This document shows, one piece after another, positions 24,937 to 36,391 of a stretch of DNA of 64,000 nt. How positions within the stretch are numbered: the stretch's first letter is position 1; each line of letters starts with the position of its first letter. The notes below the pieces were generated by a model. That model had not been told where the DNA came from. It saw only the letters and a list, made by a program, of their open reading frames with translations, and made no database searches. The stretch is from positions 6,696,001-6,760,000 of the forward strand of contig CP158635.1 in the NCBI GenBank assembly GCA_050273025.1, given 5' to 3'. The translations under genes and the position numbers were made by a program. The DNA is from Cenococcum geophilum. Taxonomy: Eukaryota.

Positions 24937-25336
24937 AGGTTGAATATCTTAGTAATTGCTACATGGATTAGATGAATTGCCTGATATTTGTCATGGGAAG
25001 GATTTGCCTTGCTAATATCTTGCTAAATTACGGAGTATAAAACACAGGGGGTTGGATTTTTGGCTATCGTGCCTATATCAGGAAACTAAGTTGAAGGAAT
25101 TAAGTATATCCCTACTGTCGTTTCAAAAAGATCGAAAGAGCCGCTCCCCACCAAAATTTATATACTTACCTCAGCAAGCTTAGACCGGAGAATTAATTAG
25201 CGGACATACGTATATCTGCAAGCGGATATCGCTAACCTTTTTTATTAAAAAGTTAATTCTATAGTCTAAGGGGCTTTTATAGACTTTATTAAGCGACGCG
25301 ACTTATTTATATATATTATTCTTAATTACTAGACTT

Positions 25337-25785
25337 CGGTACTAATACCGATACGAACCAATACGAACCGATAAAATATCGGTTATCGGAAATATATCGG
25401 CAATATAATATTGCCAATATTGGTTCCTTTTTGGGATTAGTAGCTACCCCCCATAAAGTCGCTAAAATTATAGGGGCTCTGTCGCTTAAGTAACGAGATT
25501 TTATGCCCCTAGACCCGCTAAATTCCCCCAACTTAGCAACCTTATGGGCACCCAATGGGGAGAAGACCGCTAGCTCCGTCCTCCATACCCCTACTTTCCC
25601 CCCCTTTTACTAATAGTATTAAAAATAAGAGATAATTTAAAACGCTTAATTTCTTAACCTTTAAGTATAATATAAAAATTTAATATACTAAGAAATATTG
25701 CAATATTATTGGAATATTAGCAATATTAGCAATACCGATATTTTATCCGTTTATATTAGATAAGATTTTATCGGTGCTAGCACTA
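25337..25785. mobile_element. hAT-type MITE, 449 bp, RIPed
   Basis: 8-bp TSD CTAGACTT at 25329-36 and 25786-93. The 17-bp TIRs CGGTACTAATACCGATA and revcomp TAGTGCTAGCACCGATA differ only by transitions. Subterminal CCGATA/CAATA repeats. Confidence 0.8.
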
Positions 25786-26081
25786 CTAGACTTAACTAGC
25801 TTATATACGGACCCACCTTACATATAGCTTTCCTTACCAAAATCTACCTAAATCTACTCTTTTATACTACCTATAACGTAATAGCCTTTAAATAAAATTC
25901 TATAAAAATTTAAGTATGGCTTATTAAATACTAAAATCAAGATTTTATATAATAAAAGTATTAAATATTATAAAATGTTTATATTAAAAATAACGTTAAA
26001 ACTGTACCTTTTAATATAAAATAAAGTTAATAATAGTAATAATAATAAAACTATTATATAGCTATATAATATATATTTATA

Positions 26082-26166
26082 GCCCACGAAGCCCTACTAC
26101 ACGCGTCCACGTCGCCGCAGGTGGAAACATCATCAGGAAACTTTACCTTTTGATGGCTAAGTGCAG
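26082..26166 (+). ncRNA. HDV-like self-cleaving ribozyme, copy 1 (three G->A lesions in P1/P2)
   Basis: P1 GCCCACG/CGCAGGT, P2 CTACAC/GTGCAG, P3 GCG/CGC, L3 TCCACGT, P1.1 CC/GG, P4 CATCA/TGATG, J4/2 GCTAA with the catalytic-position C at 26157. Confidence 0.85.
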
Positions 26167-27769
26167 AGGCGATGGTAGAGAGCCGTCGCAGCGCATGCAG
26201 CGCGCTGTCGTCGCGGTTCTGTGGTGTTGAGCTCGCGACGCGTACCATCGTACAAAGTATCGCCCTCAACAACACCAGGAGCCTCACTGCCTCCGCTTAA
26301 GGCTCCTGCTCTACCACCTAGGGAGGCCTATCAAGGGATACTAGGATACGAAAACCACCCAATATATGACTACCTGGCTTATAGCCAGGCCTGAAACTGG
26401 CCTTATTATCAGCCAGTTAATATAGACGCGTCCTAGTCGTATAACAGGACACCCTTAGGCTTGCGCCAACTTTAAGATCACAAAACAAGGGCATAGAGAA
26501 ACCCTTTTTTATAAGAACTTGTTAAGGTTAACGCGTTGCAGATACCTCATACAAAACTTGTTAAGGCCCTAAGGCCACCACGAAGAACTTATTAAGGCCC
26601 TACCTAAAGAACTCATTAGGGCCCCTCTATAAGGGCCTATCTAGTATCCAGTACACCTAGGTGACTTAAAAGAGGGTCTTAATAGGCATAGTGCGCGCGA
26701 CCTGGGAGACGTGACAGCGACGCAATAGTGACGCAACGGCGACTAGACGGCTCAACGAGGTGGAAATATAGGTAAAGCTCTAGGCAGCGGAAATATAGGC
26801 TAGCTTTGACGGCCCCATAGCGTTCGACCTATAGGTAACTTATAGGAGGGTCTTAATAGGCATAGTGCACGTAACCTAACGTATATATATAGGGGAGGCT
26901 TTAAGGAAACATAGGCTAGTTATATAAGGACTTAATAGTTAGAGATATAGGCTAGCTTATAAAAGGGGGGGATATAAGCTTAGTTAGTAGAAGAGAGGGG
27001 AGTAGGTCGCCTATTACGGGACCTAGTTTATAGCCCCCTCCTATAAGATACGGTCGGCCTATTATAAGGAGATTTTTATAGGCAACGCGAAACGGGAACC
27101 TCCTGTGGGGCGTAGTATGTAGTAGCTACTACTAGCTTTAAGGACCTTACCCCTTAGCTAGGCTTTAACCCCTAGTGCACCTAGTAGGCAGGTAAGATTA
27201 CGTCCTAGCTAGAGAGATTATTACGTAGCTTAAGAGAACGGATGCGTATATTGGTGTACTAATAGATAGAACTGCCCGCTAGGGCAGTACGCTAGTAAGG
27301 TAAGCTTAAGGAGTAAATAGGAGTTACTTAGGCGGGAGAGGTTTTAGCTAGGCCTTAACCGTAGAAGGTATACCTAGCTATATTATAGGATATAGTCACG
27401 ACGCCCTTATAGGATTACGCTAGTAGGCGCGTAAGATAGGAGTTGTAACCCCTATAAATAGTAGCTTATGCCTATACCGGTAGAAATAATAAAGAGAGGT
27501 ATAAAACTAGAGGCTATAGAAGGCTCCTAAGCTGTATAAAAGTATACTAACTTTAGGAGGAAACTCTTATATAGACTGCTAGGGGGTAGATTAGTACTTG
27601 GGCTAATCCCGTTATAAGATATCCGAAAGAACTAGTAACATTCCCTATATTATAGGTAGTAGCAGCTAACTGCTTATAAACTAGGACTAAAGCACTAGAA
27701 AACTAGGGTAAAGGCCTAGATAAGTAGGTATATAGAACTCTACTATATTACTAGCTAATATATAACTAC

Positions 27770-28220
27770 CTACCTCTATAACCAGTCTACCATAGGGTAG
27801 ACGACGTCCTCTATAACCAGTCTACTATAAAGTAGACAACCTCCTCTATAACTAGTCTGCTATAGAGTAAACAACCTCCTCTATAACCAGTCTACTATAG
27901 GGTAGACAACCTCCTCTATAACTAGTCTGCTATAGAGTAGACGACCTCCTCTATAACTAGTCTACTATAGGGTAGACGACCTCCTCTATAACTAGTCTAC
28001 TATAGGGTAGACGACCTCCTCTATAACTAGTCTGCTATAAAGTAGACAACCTCCTCTATAATTAGTCTACTATAGGGCAGACGACCTCCTCTATAACCAG
28101 TCTGCTATAGAGCAAACAACCTCCTATAATTAGTCTGCTGTAAAGCAGACGACCTTCTACAACCAGTCTACAGCCGTTATACTGTAGATAACCTCTACTG
28201 CAACCAGTCCACGGCTGTTA
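27770..28220 (+). repeat. 33-bp minisatellite, ~12 RIP-diverged units
   Basis: Unit approximately CCTCCTCTATAACYAGTCTRCTATAGRGYAGACRA. Confidence 0.9.
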
Positions 28221-28989
28221 CGTTATAGGCAATTAAACTATAAAGGACCGCAGGCGTGCCGTAGGCGTACTATAGGCGTACTACAGACAATGCACTGCTA
28301 GGGTAGCTATAGTAGGGGATAGGGGAAGAGGACTAGCCCGTGTTACTATTAGTACGTTAAATATAAGGTATATAGGCGAATTAGTATTTATACCCTATAC
28401 AGACAACCTTATAAAAAATTTTCCTATAGGAGCGGGTATATATAACGAGGTTCGCCCTTATAAAATACCCGTTTTCTAGAACGTAAATCTAGGATTAGTA
28501 GGTTACTTTTAGGGAGAGTACCTATTAATTACTAATTCCCTACCTATTTCTTTAGTAAGGAGGAGGAATAGGGTATAGAATTAAACAGTTATATAGGGGT
28601 AATTAGTAGCTACTTTTAAGCTAGTAAGCTATATAGTTTCTCTTATTCTTATATATAAAACTATATTAAAAATCTATCTTTTAGAGCGCTTTTTTTACTC
28701 TAAAAACGGCAGAATATAGCAGAAATAGATAAAAGAGCTAGGATTTCCTTAGTGCGATTTTCTTGGTATAAACTAGACCATAGTAAGTAAAATATTAAAA
28801 CAAAACACTAATAGGCTAAAAGCTCCCCCTAGTATTTAAAACGGGCTAGAGTGTCTACTTAGCTATTAGTACATATTAAGCTGCCTAGAAAGGATTCATA
28901 TATATAGAACTATAGCGCTATAGCCTAGAGACTGCATACGCAGTATTGTACGTAGTATAATACAACGGATATTAAATTTATATATATAT

Positions 28990-29779
28990 TTATATAGAGC
29001 CGCTATAGTAGCAGAACACGCCTACTAATCCTTTAATAAGGAAATAACCATCTCTAATTAAATCCGCGGCATATTATGCCCTAGAACTAATATATATAGT
29101 ATAACCGGAAAGCCTATATAATACGGGAGGGTCTTAGCAGACTTAAAGGGTGGGCGCTATATAGAAAATTATAATACTATAATAAACCTAATAGGGGGCG
29201 ACGTAACTATAATAACTAAAGGGCAGCGGCTAAAAATAGTAGAAACTAAAATACGGTAAAGAATAGGCTTAGACGTATTAAGGACGCTATAAAATTATAG
29301 GGAATACTAATAGTATAGGTAGTAAAGCTATTGTAGGCTAATATTACTATAAGCGCCTAACTAGTAACTCTTTAGTGTATACCTAGTATAGTACTAGTTA
29401 GAGATATAGTTAGGGTTAAAATACTAAAGATAGTAGGAGCGGAACTAGAATAGATTCTTATATTAATTAAAGTATATATACTAAGGGCAGTGGCAGTAAG
29501 GGTCCTATATAACGGCGATATAAAGGTTACACTCCTTAACTAGTAGGTAAAGGATTAGATAATTACCTAAGGGGATACCCTTAAGTATAAGATCCTTTAT
29601 TAAAACTACCTAGTTAAAGTAATAGGAGTATCCATTAATAAATAGTTTATTTAGAGGATTATAAAGGCTATTAAAAAAACTAGCTTTAGGAATTACTATA
29701 AATAGGGCTGTATAGCTTAATAAAGAATATAATATACATATAGGGGAATTACTAGGGTTTTAAAGGGCGTAATAAAGAG
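28990..29779 (+). mobile_element. RIPed LINE ORF1(gag)-like relic, cut by a Gypsy LTR
   Basis: The frame reads ...RAVAVRVLYNGDIKVTLLN..VKD...NYLVKVIGVS, reminiscent of Tad1-type ORF1. Many TAA/TAG stops. Confidence 0.4.
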
Positions 29780-32015
29780 TGTTACGGACCTTATATTAGT
29801 AGTAGTAGCACTACTAAGGAGAGATATAAATGGGTTAGTTAAGATAATATAGGAGGCACTAAAACCAATCAAGCTATAAAATAAGGGGTAGCCGAGTTAT
29901 ATAGCTAGTTACGTTATAGGTTTAGAATATAAAAACGTAGGAATATAGGAATATAGGATATACTAACGTACTAACGTACCGACGTACTTAGTACATTTCT
30001 TAGGCGTAGTATTATGTATTTAAAGGACCTCAGTCTCTACCTGTAAGGGCGCGAAGAGACTTTAGGGAAGATTTAAAGGAATAATATAAATTCTATCTAA
30101 ATCTAAGGGTATATAGCTCTTGCTAAGAACAAGACGTTGCGTAAAGAAGAGAAGGGAATAATAAGAGAATTATATAATTAAATAGTTAGGGGCTTAGTGG
30201 TCGATGCGTACGCATATACACACGCGGTCTTTAACGGACTTTAGTAAAATTTAATTAATCTAATAGAATTTGGCAGAAGTCAATCAAGCTAGTAAAATTT
30301 AGTAAAATTTAGTTAAAGCGTCGGAATTTATCTATTAAGTGTTTTACTAAGACATTCCTACTATAACTAGGCTAGTCCTATTATAGTACCCCCCTTTTAG
30401 CTAAAGGTCTAAATAATTTAAATAATTTAATTTTAGTTAAGACTTATAACTTATTATATATTATGTTTTCGCGTCGGGTAGCGGTATAGGGTTTTACCGG
30501 TTCTAATCGTTAAGTAGGCTAATTAGGATTTTCTATACCTAGTATAGAAAATTATTATTAGCTTAGTTAAGGCGGTAAGCTAAACTAATATCTTTATAGT
30601 AGGTCTTAACAAGGCAAATCTAACCAATTAAATAACTTTAATCGCTAGTTAAAGTTCTTTAACATCTTATATGTTATATAATTGTATTATAAACGTTATA
30701 ACGTATTTTAAGTTCTTTTTAATTTTAAGCTTCCTGCTATTATATTTCGTGTATTTGTGTTAGGTAGCAGTTATTTACCTTTATATTATATTTATCTAGC
30801 TAGAGTAGGCCGCGAAGAATAGTCTTTATAGAATTCTTTTACTAGGGAAGGCGCGTTGGTCTTAATCTAGTTATAGGTTTTCTAAGTTTATATTTTATAT
30901 CCTTCCCACTTAATAAGAAGTTTAAATTATTTAGATTATATTTTCTATTATATATTATTAATTAAGTTAATAAAGTAAGAACTGTTACCGTTATTAACAA
31001 TTATAAAAGGTAGCGATAGCACTTCGCGAGTTATAGGTTTACTTTTTAAGGGTTATAGCAAGTTTACGTAAAACGTTAGATATATTTTTATCTTAGTTAG
31101 CGGTTTAAGCTTATAAGCGTATAGGCTTAGTTTTTTCTTAATTTAGTATAGGCCCGTAAACTTCCAGTCTAGTTTCTTTAAGGGTTATTAAGTCTTTAGG
31201 TTTTATATATTTAAGTAAACTATATTACCTTCCTTAAAGTCCTACGCGGAAGCTCGTCCTTTATTTACATGCTATTTCTATACTATTTAAGCGTATACTA
31301 ATTTACTTTATAATAGTTCCGTTAACTGCTTTATTTAATTAGCGAAGTTATACGCGTTAATTAGTTAAATCCTCTTAATTATAGGTCCTATTATATTAAT
31401 TTTGGGTTATAATTTAAATCTAAGTTAAGGGTCTTGTCCGTAGGTTGCGTAGAACAGCGTTACGCCTATTAATTTGTTTCTTGTATTATTTATAGTAAAC
31501 TTAGCTAAAGGTAGCCACTTTTCCCAGTTGTCTTACAGGTAGGAGCAGTATATTTATAGGTATTATTCTATAATCGCGTTTATAATTTTAGTTTAACTAT
31601 CTATCTCTAAATAAAATATAGTTAAGAGTTGTATTTGTATACTTAATCGTTTATATAGGGCTTACTAGAAATTTAAAATAAACTGGCTTCTATAGTTAGA
31701 TATTATTAAATTAGGAAGTCCGTGTAGCTTAAAGACGTGCTTAATAAAACATTTAGCTACTAATATTATATTAATTAAGTCTATAGGAATTATATATCGC
31801 ATTTTTATAAAATAGTTAATAACTACTATAATATTCATAAACCTATTACTATTAGGCAGGTTAACTACAAAGTTAATTAAGATATCTTACTATCTTTATA
31901 TTAGAATTGGCAATAATTAAAGTACTCCTTACTTCTTTATATAAGAGGTCTTCCTACATATATATATTCTATATACTTAAACGTATTTTCGTATATAGTT
32001 GTATATTATAGGCTA

Positions 32016-34242
32016 TATCAGGAAAATATTCGCAGGATGAGATTTAAGTAGACTTTGGTTTTCGCGTTTCGCGTAATTGACATGTAATTTGACTAACTCG
32101 ACACGCAATTAACTAACTTGACATATAGTTGACCTACTTAATATGCAATTTAACTAACTTAACACGCAGTTAACCTACTTAACATGCAATTTAACTAACT
32201 TAATACGCAGTTAACCTACTTAATATACAATTTAACTAACTTAATATGCAGTTAACCTACTTAACAACTTTAAAAGCTAACTATATATTTCTTAACGTGC
32301 GATTAAGGTAAAGTTATATACTATATATTTAACTATTATATACAATCTTATACAATCTTATACAATCTTATACAATCTTATAGTTTTATTACTTAGAGGC
32401 TCTATATAAGGCTCTATATAAAGCTCTATATAAGGGTCTACGCGAGGGTCTACGCGAGGGTCTACGCGAAGCTCTACGTATAGAGGCTCTACACGAGGCT
32501 CTATAAGAAGCTCTATATATAGAGGCTCTATATAAGGCTCTACGCGAAGCTCTATGTATAGAGGCTCTATATAAAGCTCTATATTAGGTCCCCGCTATAT
32601 TCCTAATAGCCTCTATACATACCTCTACCCTATATAGCTACCTTATTTTTTACCCTTTCTTCCTTCTTTATATCCTCCCTACCTAGGGAGGCACTAGAAT
32701 AGCAGCTAGTAGAAGACCATTACTAAAACTAAATAACCGTCACCAGAACTAGATAACCGTTACTAGAACTAGATAACCATCGCTAGCTAGATAACCGTCG
32801 CTAAAACTAGACAATTATTACTAGAGCTAGACAATCGTCACTAAAACTAGATAACTATTATTAGCTAAACAACCGTTACTAGAACTAGATAACCATCGCT
32901 AGCTAGATAACCGTTACCAAAACTAGATAACTGTTGCTAGAACTAGACAACCGTCGCTAGCTAGATAACTATTACTAGAACCAAACAACCGTCGCCAAAA
33001 CTAGACAACTATCGCTAGCTAGATAACCGTTACTAGAACTAGATAACTGTTGCCAAAGCTAGACGACCGTCGCTAGAACTAAACGACTATCACTAGAACT
33101 AGATAACCGTCGCCAGAACCAGACGACCGTCGCTAGCTAGACGACCGTTACTAGAACTAGATAACCGTTGCCAGAGCTAGACGATCGTCGCCAGAACCAG
33201 ATGACCGTCGCTAGCTAAACGACCGTTACCAGAACCAGACAACCGTCGCTAGCCAGACGACCATTACTAGAACTAGACAACTATCGCCAGAACTAAACAA
33301 CCATTGCTAGCCAGACGACCGTTACTAGAACTAGACAATCGTTGCCAAAACCAGACGACTGTTACCAGAACTAGACGACCGTTGCTAGAGCTAGACAACC
33401 GTCGCCAGAACTAGATAACCGTCGCTAGAACTAGATAACCGTCGCCAGAGCCAGACGACAATAACTAGCCAGCTAACACTATAAACGATTCAATCAATTA
33501 ATTAAATTAAGGTAGTATAGACAGGTGGGCATAAACAGGTAGATGCTAATAGGTAGGTAGATATAAATAGGTAGGTAGATGTAGATAGGTAAGTAGATAT
33601 AGATAGGCAGGTAGATATAAATAGGTAAGTAAATATAGATAGGCAAGTAGATATAGATAGGTAGGTAGATATAAATAGGTAGGTAGATATAAATAAGTAG
33701 ATATAAATAGGTAGGTAGATATAGATAGGTAAGTAGATATAGATAGGTAGATAAATGCTAACGGGTAGGTAAATATAGATAGGTAGGTAGATATAGATAG
33801 GTAGGTAGATATAGATAGGTAGGCAAATATAAACAGGTAGATGTAGATAGGTAGGTAATATAAATAGGTAGGCGATGCAGGCAGATAGGTAAGTCAATAG
33901 GTAGATAGGTAGAAGAGAACCATCGCTATATTATATTAAATTATCTAAAATAATAATATTTATTTTGCTAGCCTTATAAATAGCTTTAAAATAGCTTTTA
34001 TTTATTTAAAATATATTATTAGTATAAAAGAGGTAAATATAATTATAGTTGCCAAATGCGTAAATTACTAGTAGGTTACGCGTAGGTTGCGCGTAGGTTA
34101 CGCACAGGCTGCGCGCAGGTTGCGTGTTAAAAAAACACAACATAGGCTAGTCGGTCGAGTTGCCAAATGCCCTTAACTACGCGCTAATTGCGTCAACCAC
34201 TAACCATTAAGGCCATTAAAAGGGTACCATATTTTGCTGATG
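32016..34242. mobile_element. Non-coding TIR DNA element filled with tandem arrays, copy 1 (2227 bp), inserted in the Gypsy A integrase
   Basis: Termini (C/T)ATCAGGAAAATAT...ATATTTTGCTGATG with TA on both flanks. The integrase YY(W)P frame is restored on removal. Five distinct repeat arrays inside. Confidence 0.85.
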
Positions 34243-36306
34243 TAGTAATATACTTATTAGATAATCTTATAGGTCTTTATATAGCTAGGGTGCCCTACTA
34301 TAGGGGAATTGTATACGAATTTAAGTATCTTAAATCGTAAGGGTTTAGAATTTGGGACTACTATCTTCTATTAATAGTATAACCGATTATTACGGATTTC
34401 GCATTTAGCGAGTGTAATATCCTTATATTACCGTTTCTCTATTTAAATCGCTTTTATTATATCTGCTATTTAGGGGTTATTCTTATATTCGTGCTTTATT
34501 AATTTATTAATTTCTATATCCTACTTATTAATTTCTAATTTATTCCTATTAAGCTCCGCGTTTAAAAATATAGGGCGTAGCTTCTTAAAGCGTTTAGAGG
34601 GTAGTAGAATTTGTAATTAATTTATAATCCGTTTATTAGAGGCGTTTATAAGTAAGTCCTATAATTATTATATTAATAAGTTAGGCTTCTAATTAAGTTT
34701 ACTAGGTTAGTATATAATCTTAAAGTTAAATTATAAGAGGTATTCGGCCTAACGAATTTAGCGCTACGTTAATTGCTTTATAGTTATAAAGTACTGCAGG
34801 TTTTTATAGTCCGTTAATACGCGTATTAGGAACAATAATCCTTTAAGTTTTAAACGCTATTGTTTAAAGCATCTAATAATTATAAGTAGTTTCTTATTAT
34901 ATATCTTATAGTTTAATTTAGTAGGGGTAAGTTTCCGGAAGAGAAAGGCTACTAGGTATAGCTCGCCGTTCTTATTATATTGCAATAACACTCCTCTTAG
35001 TATATAATTAGACGAGTCTGTTTTAATAATACATTTAAGGTCCAGATTAAAGTAGGCGAGAATTAGAGTAGTTATAAAACGATATTTTAGGTTATTAAAA
35101 GCTTGTTTATATTTAGTAGTCTATTTAAATCTTATATTCTTTCTTATTAAGTTTACTAATAGCTAAATAATTTTTAAGAAGTAATTAATAAATTAATAGT
35201 AGAAATTTGCGAATCCTAAAAATCCTTAAATATCTTATATACTACTAGGACTTTCCCAGTTTATAATTGCAGCAATTTTCTTAGGGTCTATTTTAATTCC
35301 GTTATAGGATATAATTAGGCCTAAGTACGTAACTTTAGACATATAGAACTTGCATTTCTTAATATCGCATTATAAGCCCGCGTCTTATAGGCGTTTAAGA
35401 ACTATTTAGACGTGCTTCTAATACTTAAAAAGCGAAGATAAATAGATTAAGATATTATTAATATACGCGGTAATAAATATATTAAGGAATTCGCGAAGCG
35501 TATTATTAATATATTGCTAAAATATACTGGGACCGTTCTTTACACCAAACGGCATTACTAGGTATTTAAAAAGTCCCCATTATATACGGAAAGCTGTATA
35601 CTTTTTATCTCCTTTATAAACATAGATTTAATTAAAGGTAGTAACTACGTTAAGCTTTATAAAGTATCGTGCTTTTACTAAGTAGTTAAGCGTTTCTTAA
35701 AGCAGAGGAATTAGATATCGGTTTTAAATTATAATTGCATTTAAGGCTTAATAATTAATATAGAACCTTAAGCCTCCTTTAGGTTTCTTAACGAATAGTA
35801 TAAGTAAGGTAAATAGTAATTAACTAGGGCGAATAAATCCTTTCTCTAGGTGCTTTTTAAGGTATTATTATATCACTAGCAGCTCTTCTTGTAATATACC
35901 ATATAACGGGCCAAACTTTGGCGTTATACTAGGTTTAAGTTCTATCTTAAAATTATACTTATCTTAATGCGGGGGTAGTTAGTCTATAAATCGTTTCTTA
36001 AACGTATTAATTAGATTATAATATTCTTTAGATATAAGAGGTTAGGGGTTAGTATATTGCTTCGGTTTTAATACCTTTTTAATATCTTCTAGTGTTATAG
36101 TAAAGATCTTATAGTCTTGTTTTCTTACTAATAAATAAAAGGGTGCAGCTTATATTATACGAATTTTAAGGGGTTTTAATATATTATCTTCGTATTCTTT
36201 ACCGCGATTAGTAGTTATAACTTTATTATATTGGTTATAACTTTTATAGTAAAGGTAATTTATATTATATTAAATTCGAATAGTTATATGCATATTTATA
36301 GGGTAA

Positions 36307-36391
36307 GCCCGCGAAGCCCTACTGCACGCGTCTATGTCGCCGCGGGTGGAAACATTATTGGGAAATCATTCCTTATAATAGCTAAGTGCAG
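36307..36391 (+). ncRNA. HDV-like self-cleaving ribozyme, copy 2 (P1/P2/P3 perfect; L3 and P4 RIPed)
   Basis: P1 GCCCGCG/CGCGGGT with G1-U wobble, P2 CTGCAC/GTGCAG, P3 GCG/CGC, GG at 36348-49, J4/2 GCTAA with C at 36382. G1 coincides with the LINE 5' junction. Confidence 0.85.

Larger units (their letters stand above)
26082..28384 (+). mobile_element. Non-autonomous derivative of the LINE 5' module (ribozyme + ~1.7 kb + tandem array); 3' end uncertain
   Basis: 26082-27774 is homologous to 36307-38120 and no RT follows. Possible but low-complexity TSD TATTTATA at 26074-81 and 28385-92. Confidence 0.65.

Noticed and set aside
27770..28220. CRISPR-like regular 33-bp periodicity (also the 17/21-bp arrays at 32730-33460 and 44280-45180)
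   Set aside because: Head-to-tail repeats with no unique spacers, no cas genes, and a eukaryotic context. The variation is RIP transitions.
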